Origin: Candidatus Caldarchaeum sp.
GTDB taxonomy: Archaea > Thermoproteota > Nitrososphaeria_A > Caldarchaeales > Caldarchaeaceae
Length of the DNA: 64,000 nt
Direction of reading: 5' to 3'
NCBI GenBank assembly: GCA_038844785.1
Contig: JAWBRA010000004.1
Coordinates: 1,496 to 65,495 of the forward strand
This document shows positions 47,241 through 57,660 of the stretch, piece by piece (position 1 is the first letter of the stretch; every line of letters starts with the position of its first letter). The translations under genes and the position numbers were made by a program. The notes under the pieces are model-generated. The model worked only from the letters and a program-made list of their open reading frames with translations. It was not told where the DNA came from and made no database searches.

Positions 47241-47747
47241 TCACCGGAATTCACCGGGCTTTATTATTGCTTTTACGAAAAGATGGAGGTCTGAGGGGCC
47301 TCTGGACGTTATCAGGTTTCGGTCGACTACGACAGGTTTGTCGACGTATTTTGCTCCAGCGTTTTCAACATCGTCTTTTATCGCGGCTGCACATGTAGCC
47401 GTATAGCCTTTGAGTGTTTTAGCAGATATAAGAAGCTGAGGACCGTGGCATATTGCTGCAACAGTTTTGCCTGCGTTGAAAAACTTCGCGACAAAGTCGA
47501 CAACTTTTCTGTTTCTACGCAGCCGGTCAGGCGCCCAGCCGCCGGGTATGACCAAAACATCGAAGTCATCTGGCTTCACCTCATCGATTGACTTTTCAGC
47601 TTCAACGTTTATGCCGTTCTTCCCTGTGTAAACGGTCTTTTCAGGCCCAACCACGGTCACCTCGTACCCCTCCTCCTTCAACCTGATCAGCGGATAGTAA
47701 AGTTCCAAGTCTTCAAACTCGGGACCGGCAAGGATACAGGCTTTCAA
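47241..47747 (-). CDS. pfpI: DJ-1/PfpI-family intracellular protease/glyoxalase
   Basis: AICHGPQLL nucleophile elbow; VLVIPGG. Confidence 0.8.
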   Translation of the reverse strand: MKACILAGPEFEDLELYYPLIRLKEEGYEVTVVGPEKTVYTGKNGINVEAEKSIDEVKPDDFDVLVIPGGWAPDRLRRNRKVVDFVAKFFNAGKTVAAICHGPQLLISAKTLKGYTATCAAAIKDDVENAGAKYVDKPVVVDRNLITSRGPSDLHLFVKAIIKPGEFR

Positions 47748-47844
47748 CCCGTAGACCTTGATGTTCGCCTAGCTTTAATGGTTTAACCTATGCTTTACGC
47801 TAGCTTGCTGCATACTTATATTTACGGAATCCGTTGTCTGCTAC

Positions 47845-48150
47845 ATGCCATCAGTCGAGCAAGTGATGGAGGCGTTGAAAAACTGCTACGACCCTGAGAT
47901 TCCAGTCAATATCGTCGACCTTGGGCTAGTATACGACGTCAAGATAGTTGACGACAAAACTGTCTATGTAAAGATGACTTTGACCGCGCCCGGCTGTCCT
48001 GTGGGAGCGTTTGTAGCAGAGCAGGTGAGGGAGGCTGTCATGACGCTCGTAGAAGGGGTTGAGAAAGTTGACGTTGAAATAGTGTTCGACCCGCCTTGGA
48101 CTCCTGACAGAATGAGCGAGGAAGCCAAGGCTATTCTCGGGTTCGTCTAA
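47845..48150 (+). CDS. DUF59/SufT (MIP18-family) Fe-S cluster assembly protein
   Basis: CYDPEIPVNIVDLGLVY...LTAPGCP motif. Confidence 0.7.
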   Translation: MPSVEQVMEALKNCYDPEIPVNIVDLGLVYDVKIVDDKTVYVKMTLTAPGCPVGAFVAEQVREAVMTLVEGVEKVDVEIVFDPPWTPDRMSEEAKAILGFV

Positions 48151-48184
48151 ATCTTAAATTGTTCGTCTAAACCGTTCAAAAAGG

Positions 48185-50512
48185 ATGAAGCTTAAGCCCC
48201 TCATCGAAGAGAAAGCATGGAACCCTAGCCTAGAAAAAGACATATTCAAAACTTGGGAAGAGACGGATATTTACAGGTTTAACAGCAAATCTCGGAAGAA
48301 AAAGTTCGTCATAGACACGCCTCCTCCATATCCGTCGGGTAGGCCCTGGCATATAGGCGCTGCAGCACAGTACAGCCAAATAGACATGATAGCGAGGACG
48401 GCGAGGATGAGCGGCTACATGACGCTGTTCCCGATAGGGATTGACAGGAATGGGTTGCCTGTGGAGATGTACACCGAGAAAGAGTACGGCATATCACTAC
48501 GCTCTACACCTCGTGAAAAATTCATCGAGCTCTGCGCAAAATCTCTCGACGAGCTCGAAGATGAAATGATAGCTATAATGAAGAGGATGGGGTTGAGCGG
48601 CGACTTCAAACACCGCTACAGAACTGATTCGCCGGAGTTCAGGAGGTTGACGCAAGCTACTTTCGCAAAGCTTTGGAAGAAAGGCTTGGTTTACAAAGCG
48701 ACGCGGCCAAACAACTACTGCCATGTATGCGGGACGACTATAGCTGACGCAGAGGTGGAGCATGAACCTTTACCAGCCAAACTCCACCATATAAAGTTCG
48801 GTCTTGAAGACGGGGACGAATTAGTCATAGCTACTACGAGGCCTGAGCTAATAGCCTCCTGCAGGGCGGTGGTCGTAAACCCCGATGACGGAAGGTATTC
48901 CGGTCTACATGGAGCGAGCGTCATAACACCCATATATGGAGAAAAAGTACCCATAATTCCACGGCCTGAAGCCAGGCCTGAATTCGGAACAGGAGCTGTA
49001 ATGGTCTGCAGCTACGGCGACTACATGGACGTCAGGTTGTTCAGAGAGCTGAAGCTAGAGGAGAAGATAGTCATAGGCCTTGACGGAAGGATGAATGAAA
49101 AAGCAGGTTTCCTAGCAGGCCTCACGGTGGAGGAGGCGCGTTCTAGGATTGTTGAGAGGCTTGGGGAGGAGGGTCTCCTGGTGAAATCTGAGGAAATCAT
49201 ACACATGACACCCGTCTGCGAAAGGAGCAAAAACCCGATAGAAATAATCCCCATGGATGAGTACTATCTTAAACAGCTTGATTTCGCCGAAGACCTTAAA
49301 AAAATGGCGTATAAGACGGAGTTTCTACCTGATGGGTCCCGGCAGCTCCTTATCAACTGGATAAACTCCCTCACCATCGACTGGCCTATCTCAAGACGTA
49401 GATATTATGCAACCGAGATACCTGTATGGTACTGTGTGAAATGTGGCGAACCTTATGTTGCTGACGACGGCAAATATCACAGGCCATGGGCTGAGAAACC
49501 GCCGATAGATGCTTGTCCGAAATGCGGCTTCAATGAATTTGTAGGCGACGATAGAACCTTCGACACCTGGATGGACTCAAGCATCACCCCGCTTTTCATA
49601 ATAAGCGATAGGAAAACAGGGAAGATCTCTTGGAACCTTTACCCAGTAACAATAAGGCCTCAAGGCAAGGACATCGTTAGAACATGGCTGTACTACACCA
49701 TGCTACGCTGCTATCAGCTGACTGGAAGACCGCCTTTTAAGAAGGTTTGGCTGGGAGGACTAGGTTTAGACGAACATGGTGAAAAAATGAGCAAAAGCCG
49801 CGGGAACGTCATAGACCCAATACCTATTCTGGAGAAGTATGGAGCGGACTGTTTTAGGTTCTGGTCAGCCCAAGAGGCAAGCCTGGGTGAAAACTTCAGG
49901 ATCTCCGAGGCGCGGATCGCAGGTGCCGGAAAGTTTCTGTCGAAGATTTGGAATATCGGAAGGTATGTTTCCATGTTCGCTAGACCGAGAAGAGCTTTTC
50001 TACAACCTTCTGACAAGTGGATTCTCTCTGAACTTTCAAGAACCGTGGACATCTGCTTAAAAGGTTATCGCGAGTTCAACTTCTTCATACCCGCAAACGA
50101 GGTGAGAAGATTTGTCTGGAACATCTTTGCACCACATTACATCGAGATGTCTAAGCCTCGGGCCTACGGGTTAGGCTTCACCCTTGCCGAGCAGAAGGCA
50201 GCAGCATACACCCTCCACACAGTCTTCAAAACAATTCTCCTACTTCTCGCCCCGATAACACCATTCATCACAGAATATCTTTGGCTCAAGCTCTACGGCA
50301 AGAAAAGCATACACTTAGAAACTTTTCCAAAACGGCTATGGCGGAGGGATTTCGCAAGATACACCGAGAGGATTATGGAGTTCAACTCTAAGGTTTGGGC
50401 TTATAAAAAGAGTCACGGTCTTTCTCTCAAGGATGAGGTTAGTTTGGAGGTTCCTCCGGCGCTCAAACTATTTGAGAAGGATTTGAAAGCGATGCATAGG
50501 TTGAAAGGTTGA
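48185..50512 (+). CDS. valS: class I aminoacyl-tRNA synthetase, most likely valyl-tRNA synthetase
   Basis: DTPPPYPSGRPWHIGAA (HIGH), GIDRNGLPVE, KMSKSRGN. HIGH-to-KMSKS spacing of about 470 aa and total length 775 aa fit archaeal ValRS better than Leu/IleRS. Confidence 0.6.
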   Translation: MKLKPLIEEKAWNPSLEKDIFKTWEETDIYRFNSKSRKKKFVIDTPPPYPSGRPWHIGAAAQYSQIDMIARTARMSGYMTLFPIGIDRNGLPVEMYTEKEYGISLRSTPREKFIELCAKSLDELEDEMIAIMKRMGLSGDFKHRYRTDSPEFRRLTQATFAKLWKKGLVYKATRPNNYCHVCGTTIADAEVEHEPLPAKLHHIKFGLEDGDELVIATTRPELIASCRAVVVNPDDGRYSGLHGASVITPIYGEKVPIIPRPEARPEFGTGAVMVCSYGDYMDVRLFRELKLEEKIVIGLDGRMNEKAGFLAGLTVEEARSRIVERLGEEGLLVKSEEIIHMTPVCERSKNPIEIIPMDEYYLKQLDFAEDLKKMAYKTEFLPDGSRQLLINWINSLTIDWPISRRRYYATEIPVWYCVKCGEPYVADDGKYHRPWAEKPPIDACPKCGFNEFVGDDRTFDTWMDSSITPLFIISDRKTGKISWNLYPVTIRPQGKDIVRTWLYYTMLRCYQLTGRPPFKKVWLGGLGLDEHGEKMSKSRGNVIDPIPILEKYGADCFRFWSAQEASLGENFRISEARIAGAGKFLSKIWNIGRYVSMFARPRRAFLQPSDKWILSELSRTVDICLKGYREFNFFIPANEVRRFVWNIFAPHYIEMSKPRAYGLGFTLAEQKAAAYTLHTVFKTILLLLAPITPFITEYLWLKLYGKKSIHLETFPKRLWRRDFARYTERIMEFNSKVWAYKKSHGLSLKDEVSLEVPPALKLFEKDLKAMHRLKG

Positions 50513-50964
50513 GTACGAAGATTCCCGAGCTGACGGTTGGAGCTTTTATAGTAGCTCATGATGGCAGCGTTCTACTTGTCGTAAGCCCCAAATGGGGTTA
50601 TCTTTACTCTATACCGGGCGGGCACGTCCGTCACGGCGAGAGTGTTTTTGAAGCCGTCGTCAGAGAGGCGAGAGAGGAGGTGGGGGTTGAAGTAAAACCA
50701 GTGAAAGTGATTGCTTTCCAGGAAGTTTGCCACCCTACGCAGTTCTACGATAGAGACAGGCATTTCATCTTCGTGGATATTTTATGTAGAGCTTCTTCGA
50801 AAAAGGTGAGGGTGGACGGGCAGGAGGCAGTTGGCTACGCATGGGTTATGCCGAGGAAAGCGTTGGAGCTTCCGCTTGAACAATACACCGAAAGACTCAT
50901 ACTTTATTATCTGAAAAGCAGGAGGCTCACCAGCCCAGCCTTCTTCCCATCAGCTTTCCAATAG
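50509..50964 (+). CDS. NUDIX hydrolase
   Basis: GGHVRHGESVFEAVVREAREEVG Nudix box. Confidence 0.7.
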   Translation: MSTKIPELTVGAFIVAHDGSVLLVVSPKWGYLYSIPGGHVRHGESVFEAVVREAREEVGVEVKPVKVIAFQEVCHPTQFYDRDRHFIFVDILCRASSKKVRVDGQEAVGYAWVMPRKALELPLEQYTERLILYYLKSRRLTSPAFFPSAFQ

Positions 50965-52210
50965 CAACCGCCGAAACAAGACTTACGGCTGCGATGGTTG
51001 TCGCCCACCACTCCATATTCTCCCCGACGATGTTGGGGATGGAGATCTGGAAGGAGAGTGAGGCCGAAGACCCTATTATGACGACCTTCGTAGACCAGTG
51101 TGGGATGTAGAGTACTATCTGAATCCCGCTGCCGGTTATGGCTAAAAAGTATTTGGGCTCGTTTGAACTGCCTGAAAGAACTTCTGTCACGGTTTGCGCA
51201 AGCACTGCTGGAGAGCCGTCCACCCTGACCGTGATGTCACGGGTCAGGTAGTTTCTCATGAAGCTTTTGTCCACGTCTATTATCACCAGCTTTCCAGCGT
51301 TTTCTCTGGTTGAGGAAAGAACGAGACGGACGAGGTTTTGCTCAAAGGCATAGCTTTGGACGACCACGTCGTACTCTGTTTTGTCTAGCTGAAGCTTGTT
51401 TGACGGCCTGCTGAGAGAGATCACCGCTCCTATGGCGGTGTTTTCACCTAAATGTATCTCTTTTTCCTCGTTAGCCGGCCCGACGCTTTTCACGGTCTCC
51501 CGCTGTATTATCAACGTGTTACCTAGGTTTATGAAGGCGTTTTTTGAGACTACGACGGTGTCGTTCGGATAGCGCAGCCTCTCCTCTGTGAAATATACTT
51601 TAACAACTTCCCTTGAGGTTGAAATCGACGCAATGCTAACTTCTGTCTCTTCCCCTTCGGCCTCACCGGTTCTCCTGACTTTTATGTTCAGCGGTTTGCC
51701 GGCTAGAACTGTTTTGACACCCTCCAGAAGTGTTTCGGCTTTGCTGAGCAAGGATGATGAACCGGCGTCGTCAGAGGCCTGCTCGAACAGTTGTTCTGCT
51801 GCGTCAACCAAGGCCGCCGCAACTCCCTGAGCCATGCTCTTAAGCAGGTAAACATCGCTCAAAACGGACAGAGCTTTACCAGCTTTCTCCGGGTCTTTTT
51901 CGTAGAACCTCCAGACCTTTTGGAGCTGGCGGGAAAGCCTGCTCACTGTTGTCTGCATCTCCGCAAGAACGGTGGACGGGGTTGCAGGATCTTTTAGACG
52001 CGTCTCTGCCTGCGTTAGGATGTTTTCGAAGACTTCAACCTTGAACCCCGCTTCTTTGAGTTTTGTCAGAACGGTGTGAGCGTTGCGGATATTTTCATTC
52101 CCCTGTATGCTGAGGGAGAAAGCTGGATCGGCCAGAGTGAATGCCGAGAAAGCCAGCACCATCACGGCCAGCAAAGTAGCTAACGCGACTCTTACCAAAC
52201 CTAGCTCCAC
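50927..52210 (-). CDS. membrane-anchored/secreted hypothetical protein (N-terminal signal-anchor, C-terminal TM)
   Basis: Hydrophobic termini, otherwise beta-rich sequence. Confidence 0.4.
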   Translation of the reverse strand: MELGLVRVALATLLAVMVLAFSAFTLADPAFSLSIQGNENIRNAHTVLTKLKEAGFKVEVFENILTQAETRLKDPATPSTVLAEMQTTVSRLSRQLQKVWRFYEKDPEKAGKALSVLSDVYLLKSMAQGVAAALVDAAEQLFEQASDDAGSSSLLSKAETLLEGVKTVLAGKPLNIKVRRTGEAEGEETEVSIASISTSREVVKVYFTEERLRYPNDTVVVSKNAFINLGNTLIIQRETVKSVGPANEEKEIHLGENTAIGAVISLSRPSNKLQLDKTEYDVVVQSYAFEQNLVRLVLSSTRENAGKLVIIDVDKSFMRNYLTRDITVRVDGSPAVLAQTVTEVLSGSSNEPKYFLAITGSGIQIVLYIPHWSTKVVIIGSSASLSFQISIPNIVGENMEWWATTIAAVSLVSAVAIGKLMGRRLGW

Positions 52211-52299
52211 ACTCTAAAGCCCCTATTTATTGAAATTATAGTCTAACTAGTTAGAACAAAACAGTTTATACCCTCCGAGTTCGAAGTTAGAAGGTAAAC

Positions 52300-53163
52300 A
52301 TGGCGGCGGAAAAAGGTTCAGATTTAGTTAGCGTGTCTAATGCATTAGAACAGAAGGATGAAAAACTACTGTTTTATACTCTGCTGAAGAATCCGGTAAG
52401 GAGACAGATAATATCCCTTTTAAAGGAAAACGGCGCCATGGCCGCCACCGAGCTTAAAAAGATTTTAGGGATTAGCGTGGGAACCCTCTACTACCACCTG
52501 GAGTTTATGCATCCATACGTTGTCAAAACCTCGAAAAGAAAGTACATGCTGAGCGATAAAGGGTTTCGCTTGGTCGAGTCGATGAAAATATCCGATTTAC
52601 TCGCCGAGTCGAGCTTAGGAACACTGCAGGGGCCGAGGAGAATTCTTCTAGCCCTGTCTCTCAACCCGTTGCTTGACAGAATACAGCTTTCCAACGCGAC
52701 TCTGATACCTGTTTCAGCCCTCTCAGCAATCCTCTACATGCTGTTTTCATGGCGTGTCTCCAACAGCCAGCTGCTTTTCCATTTTCGGCAAATGCCTTCC
52801 CCAGAGCTGGCTTTGTTGATGTCGGCGGGAAACATTCTGCTTCTGTTCACGCTTTTAACTTTGGCCGGTCTTGCTGCCAGCATGCGGTTCGGAGGAGAGT
52901 CGGTAATACTTGCAACGCTGCCTATCGCGCTAACCCCCTCGAACATCCTATTGACATACTTTACAGTTCTTTCAGGCTTCGGCCTGCTATCCAACCCTAC
53001 AGTAGCATCAGCTACCACTTTGGTGTACATATTCAGTCACGTGTGGCAGCTAGCAGCGATATCAGCTGTCTTGGTGAGCGCGAAGGGTGTCAGCTGGGAA
53101 AAGTCTGTAGCCGTTACAATAGCCCTGTCATACGTCAGCCTTTTTATCTCACAGAACTTTTAA
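52300..53163 (+). CDS. ArsR-type winged-helix domain fused to a C-terminal multi-TM domain
   Basis: LLKNPVRRQIISLLKENGAMAATELKKILGISVGTLYYHL wHTH; about 5 TM helices downstream. Confidence 0.5.
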   Translation: MAAEKGSDLVSVSNALEQKDEKLLFYTLLKNPVRRQIISLLKENGAMAATELKKILGISVGTLYYHLEFMHPYVVKTSKRKYMLSDKGFRLVESMKISDLLAESSLGTLQGPRRILLALSLNPLLDRIQLSNATLIPVSALSAILYMLFSWRVSNSQLLFHFRQMPSPELALLMSAGNILLLFTLLTLAGLAASMRFGGESVILATLPIALTPSNILLTYFTVLSGFGLLSNPTVASATTLVYIFSHVWQLAAISAVLVSAKGVSWEKSVAVTIALSYVSLFISQNF

Positions 53164-53195
53164 ATTAACGTCTTGAGTCATCTGCGGTTGAAAAA

Positions 53196-54032
53196 ATGAA
53201 GGACTACGTCAGGATGACCAAGCCTAAGATAACTCTACTCAACATTCTTACGGCTGCAACAGCTCATATACTCGCCGGCTGGCATCCCGCCAGCCTTCTA
53301 CATCTGGCTGTGGCTGGCTATCTATCTGTCGGCGGTGCTAGCGCGATTAACCACTACTTTGACAAGGATGTTGACGCCAAAATGGCTAGGACTGCGAAGA
53401 GACCTATCCCATCAGGCCGTGTCAAGCCAAAGTATGCGTTGGCGTTCGGCTGCGGGCTTTTAGCGTTGTCTGCTGTCTACTCGGCGGTTTTCCTGAACCT
53501 TTTGACCTTAGGATTCATCATGCTCGGCGCCTTTATTTACATCTTTGTTTACACGGTTTGGCTTAAGCGCCGGTCTATGTTGAACATCGTGATAGGCGGG
53601 GCTGCGGGAAGCTGCTCCCCTCTGGCTGGATGGGCGGCTTCCGGAAGAGAGATAACACTCGTTCCGATACTCATGGCCTTGGTCGTATTTCTATGGACGC
53701 CGGGCCATTTCTGGGCTCTCGCCATCAGGGCTGCCAAAGACTATCAGGCTGCAGGAATCCCCATGCTGCCCGTCAAGCATGGTGTGAAAGCCTCGGGTGT
53801 AGCTGTTTTGGTGTCGAACTTGGCGGCTGTAGCTGCAGCAGCAGCCCTCGCCGCATACGTTCAAGACCCGGCAGCATATCTAGCTATAACAGCTCCGGCT
53901 TCCGCCTGGCTTTTGTACGAGAATTTTAAAACAATTCAGCTCTCTTCCATGGCTTATGCTTGGAGGTCTTTCAAAGTATCGAGCCCATGGCTTGCCGCCG
54001 TCTTTTCAGCTCTACTCTTATCACTACGTTAG
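53196..54032 (+). CDS. ctaB: protoheme IX farnesyltransferase (heme O synthase), UbiA family
   Basis: NHYFDKDVDAKMARTAKRPIPSGR first Asp-rich motif; about 8 TM. Confidence 0.8.
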   Translation: MKDYVRMTKPKITLLNILTAATAHILAGWHPASLLHLAVAGYLSVGGASAINHYFDKDVDAKMARTAKRPIPSGRVKPKYALAFGCGLLALSAVYSAVFLNLLTLGFIMLGAFIYIFVYTVWLKRRSMLNIVIGGAAGSCSPLAGWAASGREITLVPILMALVVFLWTPGHFWALAIRAAKDYQAAGIPMLPVKHGVKASGVAVLVSNLAAVAAAAALAAYVQDPAAYLAITAPASAWLLYENFKTIQLSSMAYAWRSFKVSSPWLAAVFSALLLSLR

Positions 54033-54737
54033 AAAGACTGGGAGGTTTGACGAACACCAGTAGACAGTGCCAAATACGTCCATGTGTGTTTTCACGGCGC
54101 GTACTTCGACACCAGCCTCAGCTGCCTTCAGGAGAAGCTTCCTGATTTTAGGGTCTCCCTCATCGCAGGGGGTGAAAAACTTTGCTAGCGGGTGGGCTGC
54201 CACAAAAACAATTATCGAAGGGTTTTGTTTGCGGAGAGACTCAAGCAGTTGTATGTGGCGTCTCCCCCTCATGGAGACTGTGTCGGGGTACATGGCCGCC
54301 CCGTCCTCCCGCAGGTAGACAGCGGATTTAAGCTCGACGAAAGTTTTTCCCCCTCTCTCGTCTGCAAAAACATAGTCTAGCCGGGTTTTCCCGACGACAA
54401 CCTCTCTTCCAACCATTTTCAATCCTTTTAACCATTGTATTAGGCCGTTGTTGAAAGCTGTCTCGAATGCTTTAGATTGAAGCCTTGTGTCGATTAGGGC
54501 TGCGTGTTCTCCCACCACAACCCCGACCAGCGTACCAGCTGTTTTATGGGACTTTTTGGGTATGTACAGTATTTCAGCTCCTTCGACGAGCAAGTCCGTG
54601 AGCTTGCCAGTGTTGGTTATGTGCAGGACCAGCTTCTCGCCGTCTAGTTGAGCCTGTCCAGAAAACCTGCTGAGCCTCGTGTTGAAACGGGCGCGTCGAA
54701 CATCGAGTCCGAATAACGGCGTGCAGTCACCTTTCAT
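54024..54737 (-). CDS. sfsA: SfsA-family (sugar fermentation stimulation protein) nuclease-fold protein
   Basis: Conserved SfsA N-terminal OB region and C-terminal PD-(D/E)xK-like core (LDYVFAD...GGKTFVELKS). Confidence 0.65.
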   Translation of the reverse strand: MKGDCTPLFGLDVRRARFNTRLSRFSGQAQLDGEKLVLHITNTGKLTDLLVEGAEILYIPKKSHKTAGTLVGVVVGEHAALIDTRLQSKAFETAFNNGLIQWLKGLKMVGREVVVGKTRLDYVFADERGGKTFVELKSAVYLREDGAAMYPDTVSMRGRRHIQLLESLRKQNPSIIVFVAAHPLAKFFTPCDEGDPKIRKLLLKAAEAGVEVRAVKTHMDVFGTVYWCSSNLPVFLT

Positions 54738-55859
54738 CTAGCTGCACATACTTTCTAGGAGACGGGCCAACATAAACAGCTCTCGGCCTTATCACACGGT
54801 TATCCTCCCAGTATTCCAGCACATGAGCTATCCAGCCCACAGACCTGGCAACAGCAAACATCGGTGTGAATATTTCCTTCTCGAGCCCTAGCAGATGGAA
54901 GACAGGCCCCGAGTAGAGGTCTATGTTTGGAATGACCGATTTCATACCCAGCTCACGCACCATAACCTCCCCCAGCTTGTTAGCTATGTTGAGAAGCGTG
55001 TAGTCTTTTTTAATCTCGGACAACTGTTCAAGGTATTTTTTGTAGATAACGGCCCCAAGGTCAAAGGTCTTGTAAACCCTGTGTCCAAAACCCATTATCT
55101 TTTTCTTTGCAACAGGCTGTTCAAGGACATATTTTTCGGCTTTCTCGGGAGACCCTATTGACATGAGCATTTCGAGAGCGCGTTCATTTGCACCACTGTG
55201 CAAAGGGCCCTTCAAAGCCCCTATCCCAGCGGTGATAGCTGAGTAAAGGTCTGCCATCGTTGATGCAACCACTAAGGCTGCGGTCGACGAGGCTGGAAGC
55301 TCATGCTCCGCATGTAAGATGAACGCCATGTCTATAACCTTTGATTCAAAACTGCTTGGCCGCCGTCCAGTAGCCATGTAGAGAAAGTTTGCGGCATGCG
55401 GTAGGCTGGGGTCTGGGTCAACGGGTTCGAGGCCTTTCTTCAACCTGTAGACGGAGGCGGCCAAAGTTGCCAACTTTATTATTCTCACGGCGGCTTTCAT
55501 CCATGCATCAACACACGTATTTTCAGCGTCGTTATCATATAGTGATAGTATGTCTAAGGAAGCTCTGACCACGCTTATCATCGGAGCTTCGCGAGGAAGT
55601 TCTTTAACAATATTAAGACAGCTGCGGGCAGTCTTCTTTCATCCCACAGTTTTCTGGAAAAATCTTCCAGCTCTTTCCTCGTCGGCAGCCTGCAGTGTAG
55701 AAGCAGGAAACACACCTCCTCGTAGGTAGAGTGTTCCGCAAGCTCTTCTATAGAGTAACCTAGGTAGTAGAGCTTTCCCCGCTCCACATCTATGTTTGAG
55801 AGTATTGTCTGCTTGATGGGGATGTTGTCGAGCCTTTTGTAAACACCTATGATGCTCAT
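54727..55859 (-). pseudogene. gltA: citrate synthase split into two reading frames by a frameshift near 55595-55612 (N-part 55859..55578, C-part 55581..54727, ATGA junction)
   Basis: The N-terminal 93 aa (GKLYYLGYSIEELAEHSTYEEVCFLL...) and C-terminal 284 aa (GFGHRVYK signature) together equal a normal archaeal citrate synthase of about 377 aa. The C-terminal frame stays open upstream (..LNIVKELPREAPM..) and aligns to the conserved LPKNTHPM region. Confidence 0.7.
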
Positions 55860-55901
55860 GAAGCGTGTTGAAATGTCGCAGCTATAAATAGATGTAGAAG
55901 T

Positions 55902-57608
55902 TTAAGCTTGCTGTTGTTGGGCCTTCTCTAACACTATTTCCCGTACACGCCTTCTCAACATTTTTCCCACGAGGGTTTTCGGCAACTCGTCGACAAAAAC
56001 AAACTCAGAAGGTCTCTTGTATTCCGCAAGCTTCTTGCTACAACGCTCCATCAGCTTCTCCACCTCTTCAGATTTTTTCCTGTCAGGTTTGAGGACAACA
56101 GCCGCCACGATCTTCTCACCGACCACAGGGTCTGGAACACCGACTACGCAGGCTTCTTTGACAGCGTCGCTTTCGTACAAAACTTTTTCAATCTCCGCAG
56201 GAAAAACAGTAAAGCCTTTATGCTTTATGACATCCTTCGCCCTCTCCACAAAGTAGAAGTAGCCTTCTTCGTCGACGCGGCCGAGGTCTCCTGTCAACAG
56301 CCATCTTCTGCCAGCCTCCATTATGAAGACATGAGGTTCTCGCATGCCTAAATACCCCTGCATAACCTGCGGCCCTGAGACGGCGATTTCCCCGACCTGG
56401 CCTGGAAGGAGAAACTCCCTCGTCTGGGGGTCTACTATAGCTGCTAAAGTTGAGGGTATCGGTATGCCGAAAGAGCCTTTCTTCGTTCTGTCAGGCGGGT
56501 TGACATGGGTCACGGGCGACGCCTCGGTCAGACCGTAGCCCTCGACAATTCTCTTGCCGAACTTTCTTTCAAATTCATCAGCAACTTCTGCTGGGAGCAT
56601 GTCAGCCCCTGAGATAACCAGCTTCAAGCTAGGATACTTCACTTCCTCCGCCAGCTTGTGCTTCGACATAACGTTGAAAAGCGTGGGCACGCCCGGGAAA
56701 ACGGTGACAGCGTATTTGCTCAGGTCTTTCATGAATTTTTCAAGCTCAAGCCTCGGGAAGATGATGAGCTTATTCCCTTTCGTGAGACCGGTGCCTATGA
56801 GAACTGTTTGGCCGTAGATGTGGTAGAACGGGAGTATGGCTGCGAATACCTCCCCAGCCTCCACGACGTAAGGCTTTATCATCTCATACATCTGGAAAAT
56901 GTTTGACAGAATGTTTGCGTGTGTAAGCATGACACCTTTCGGAAAGCCTGTGGTGCCGCCGGTAAACTGCAGAGACGCCAAATCTTTCTCAGGGTCGATT
57001 TCCGCTTTCAGCTTTTCCTCCGGAGTTTTGAGCATGTCTAAATAAAGTTTTATGTAAGGGTGCGATGGAAGTTTTTTAGAAGGTATCTTCTTCAGCAGTT
57101 TGCCCAATGTTCTCTTGAAGCTTGGAAGATGGTCGGCTATGTTGGTCACAATAATATGTTTAAGATTGGTTTTCGGCAATGCCTCCATTACGCTGTCTAC
57201 GAAGAGGTCCAAGCATATTATCGCTGACGCCGAGGAGAGGCTGCAGAGCTGGGCAATCTCGCTCGCTGTGCTTAACGGGTTTATTGGAACGACGGTTGCA
57301 CCTGTTTTCAAGCTACCGTAGTAAGCAACGATAAACTGAACGCTGTTGGGTAGGAGGATGGCAACGTTACTACCTTTACCAACCCCAAGCTTGGACAAGG
57401 CCGTCGCAAACCTAGCAACATACTGTTTCAGAGCAGAGAAGGTGAAGGACGTGTCTAGGAAAACGCATGCAACTTTTTCGCTGTACTGGTCGCAAGCTTG
57501 GTCAAAAAAATCTGGCAACGAAATTCGAGGAGCCGATATGTTCGGGTTAACCGTTTTATCGTAAAACCTTGTCCAAGGTCTACTAAGCACAAACTCTAAA
57601 CCATTCAT
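55902..57608 (-). CDS. AMP-forming acyl-CoA synthetase / fatty-acid--CoA ligase
   Basis: LQFTGGTTGFPKGVMLTHANI AMP-binding signature. Start at the internal Met (57608) is supported by TATA spacing; the longer 57716 start is rejected. Confidence 0.75.
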   Translation of the reverse strand: MNGLEFVLSRPWTRFYDKTVNPNISAPRISLPDFFDQACDQYSEKVACVFLDTSFTFSALKQYVARFATALSKLGVGKGSNVAILLPNSVQFIVAYYGSLKTGATVVPINPLSTASEIAQLCSLSSASAIICLDLFVDSVMEALPKTNLKHIIVTNIADHLPSFKRTLGKLLKKIPSKKLPSHPYIKLYLDMLKTPEEKLKAEIDPEKDLASLQFTGGTTGFPKGVMLTHANILSNIFQMYEMIKPYVVEAGEVFAAILPFYHIYGQTVLIGTGLTKGNKLIIFPRLELEKFMKDLSKYAVTVFPGVPTLFNVMSKHKLAEEVKYPSLKLVISGADMLPAEVADEFERKFGKRIVEGYGLTEASPVTHVNPPDRTKKGSFGIPIPSTLAAIVDPQTREFLLPGQVGEIAVSGPQVMQGYLGMREPHVFIMEAGRRWLLTGDLGRVDEEGYFYFVERAKDVIKHKGFTVFPAEIEKVLYESDAVKEACVVGVPDPVVGEKIVAAVVLKPDRKKSEEVEKLMERCSKKLAEYKRPSEFVFVDELPKTLVGKMLRRRVREIVLEKAQQQQA

Positions 57609-57630
57609 GGGTTTAATGTCTGAACAAACA

Positions 57631-57640
57631 CTTAAAAGGA
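57631..57640. promoter_or_regulatory. palindromic TATA element (CTTAAAAGGA) flanked by purine-rich BRE-like sequence on both sides, positioned 25-28 nt from divergent leaderless starts at 57608 (-) and 57661 (+)
   Basis: Spacing to both start codons; A-rich sequences on each side. Confidence 0.35.
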
Positions 57641-57660
57641 TTTTCTCCTCCCTATTAGAC

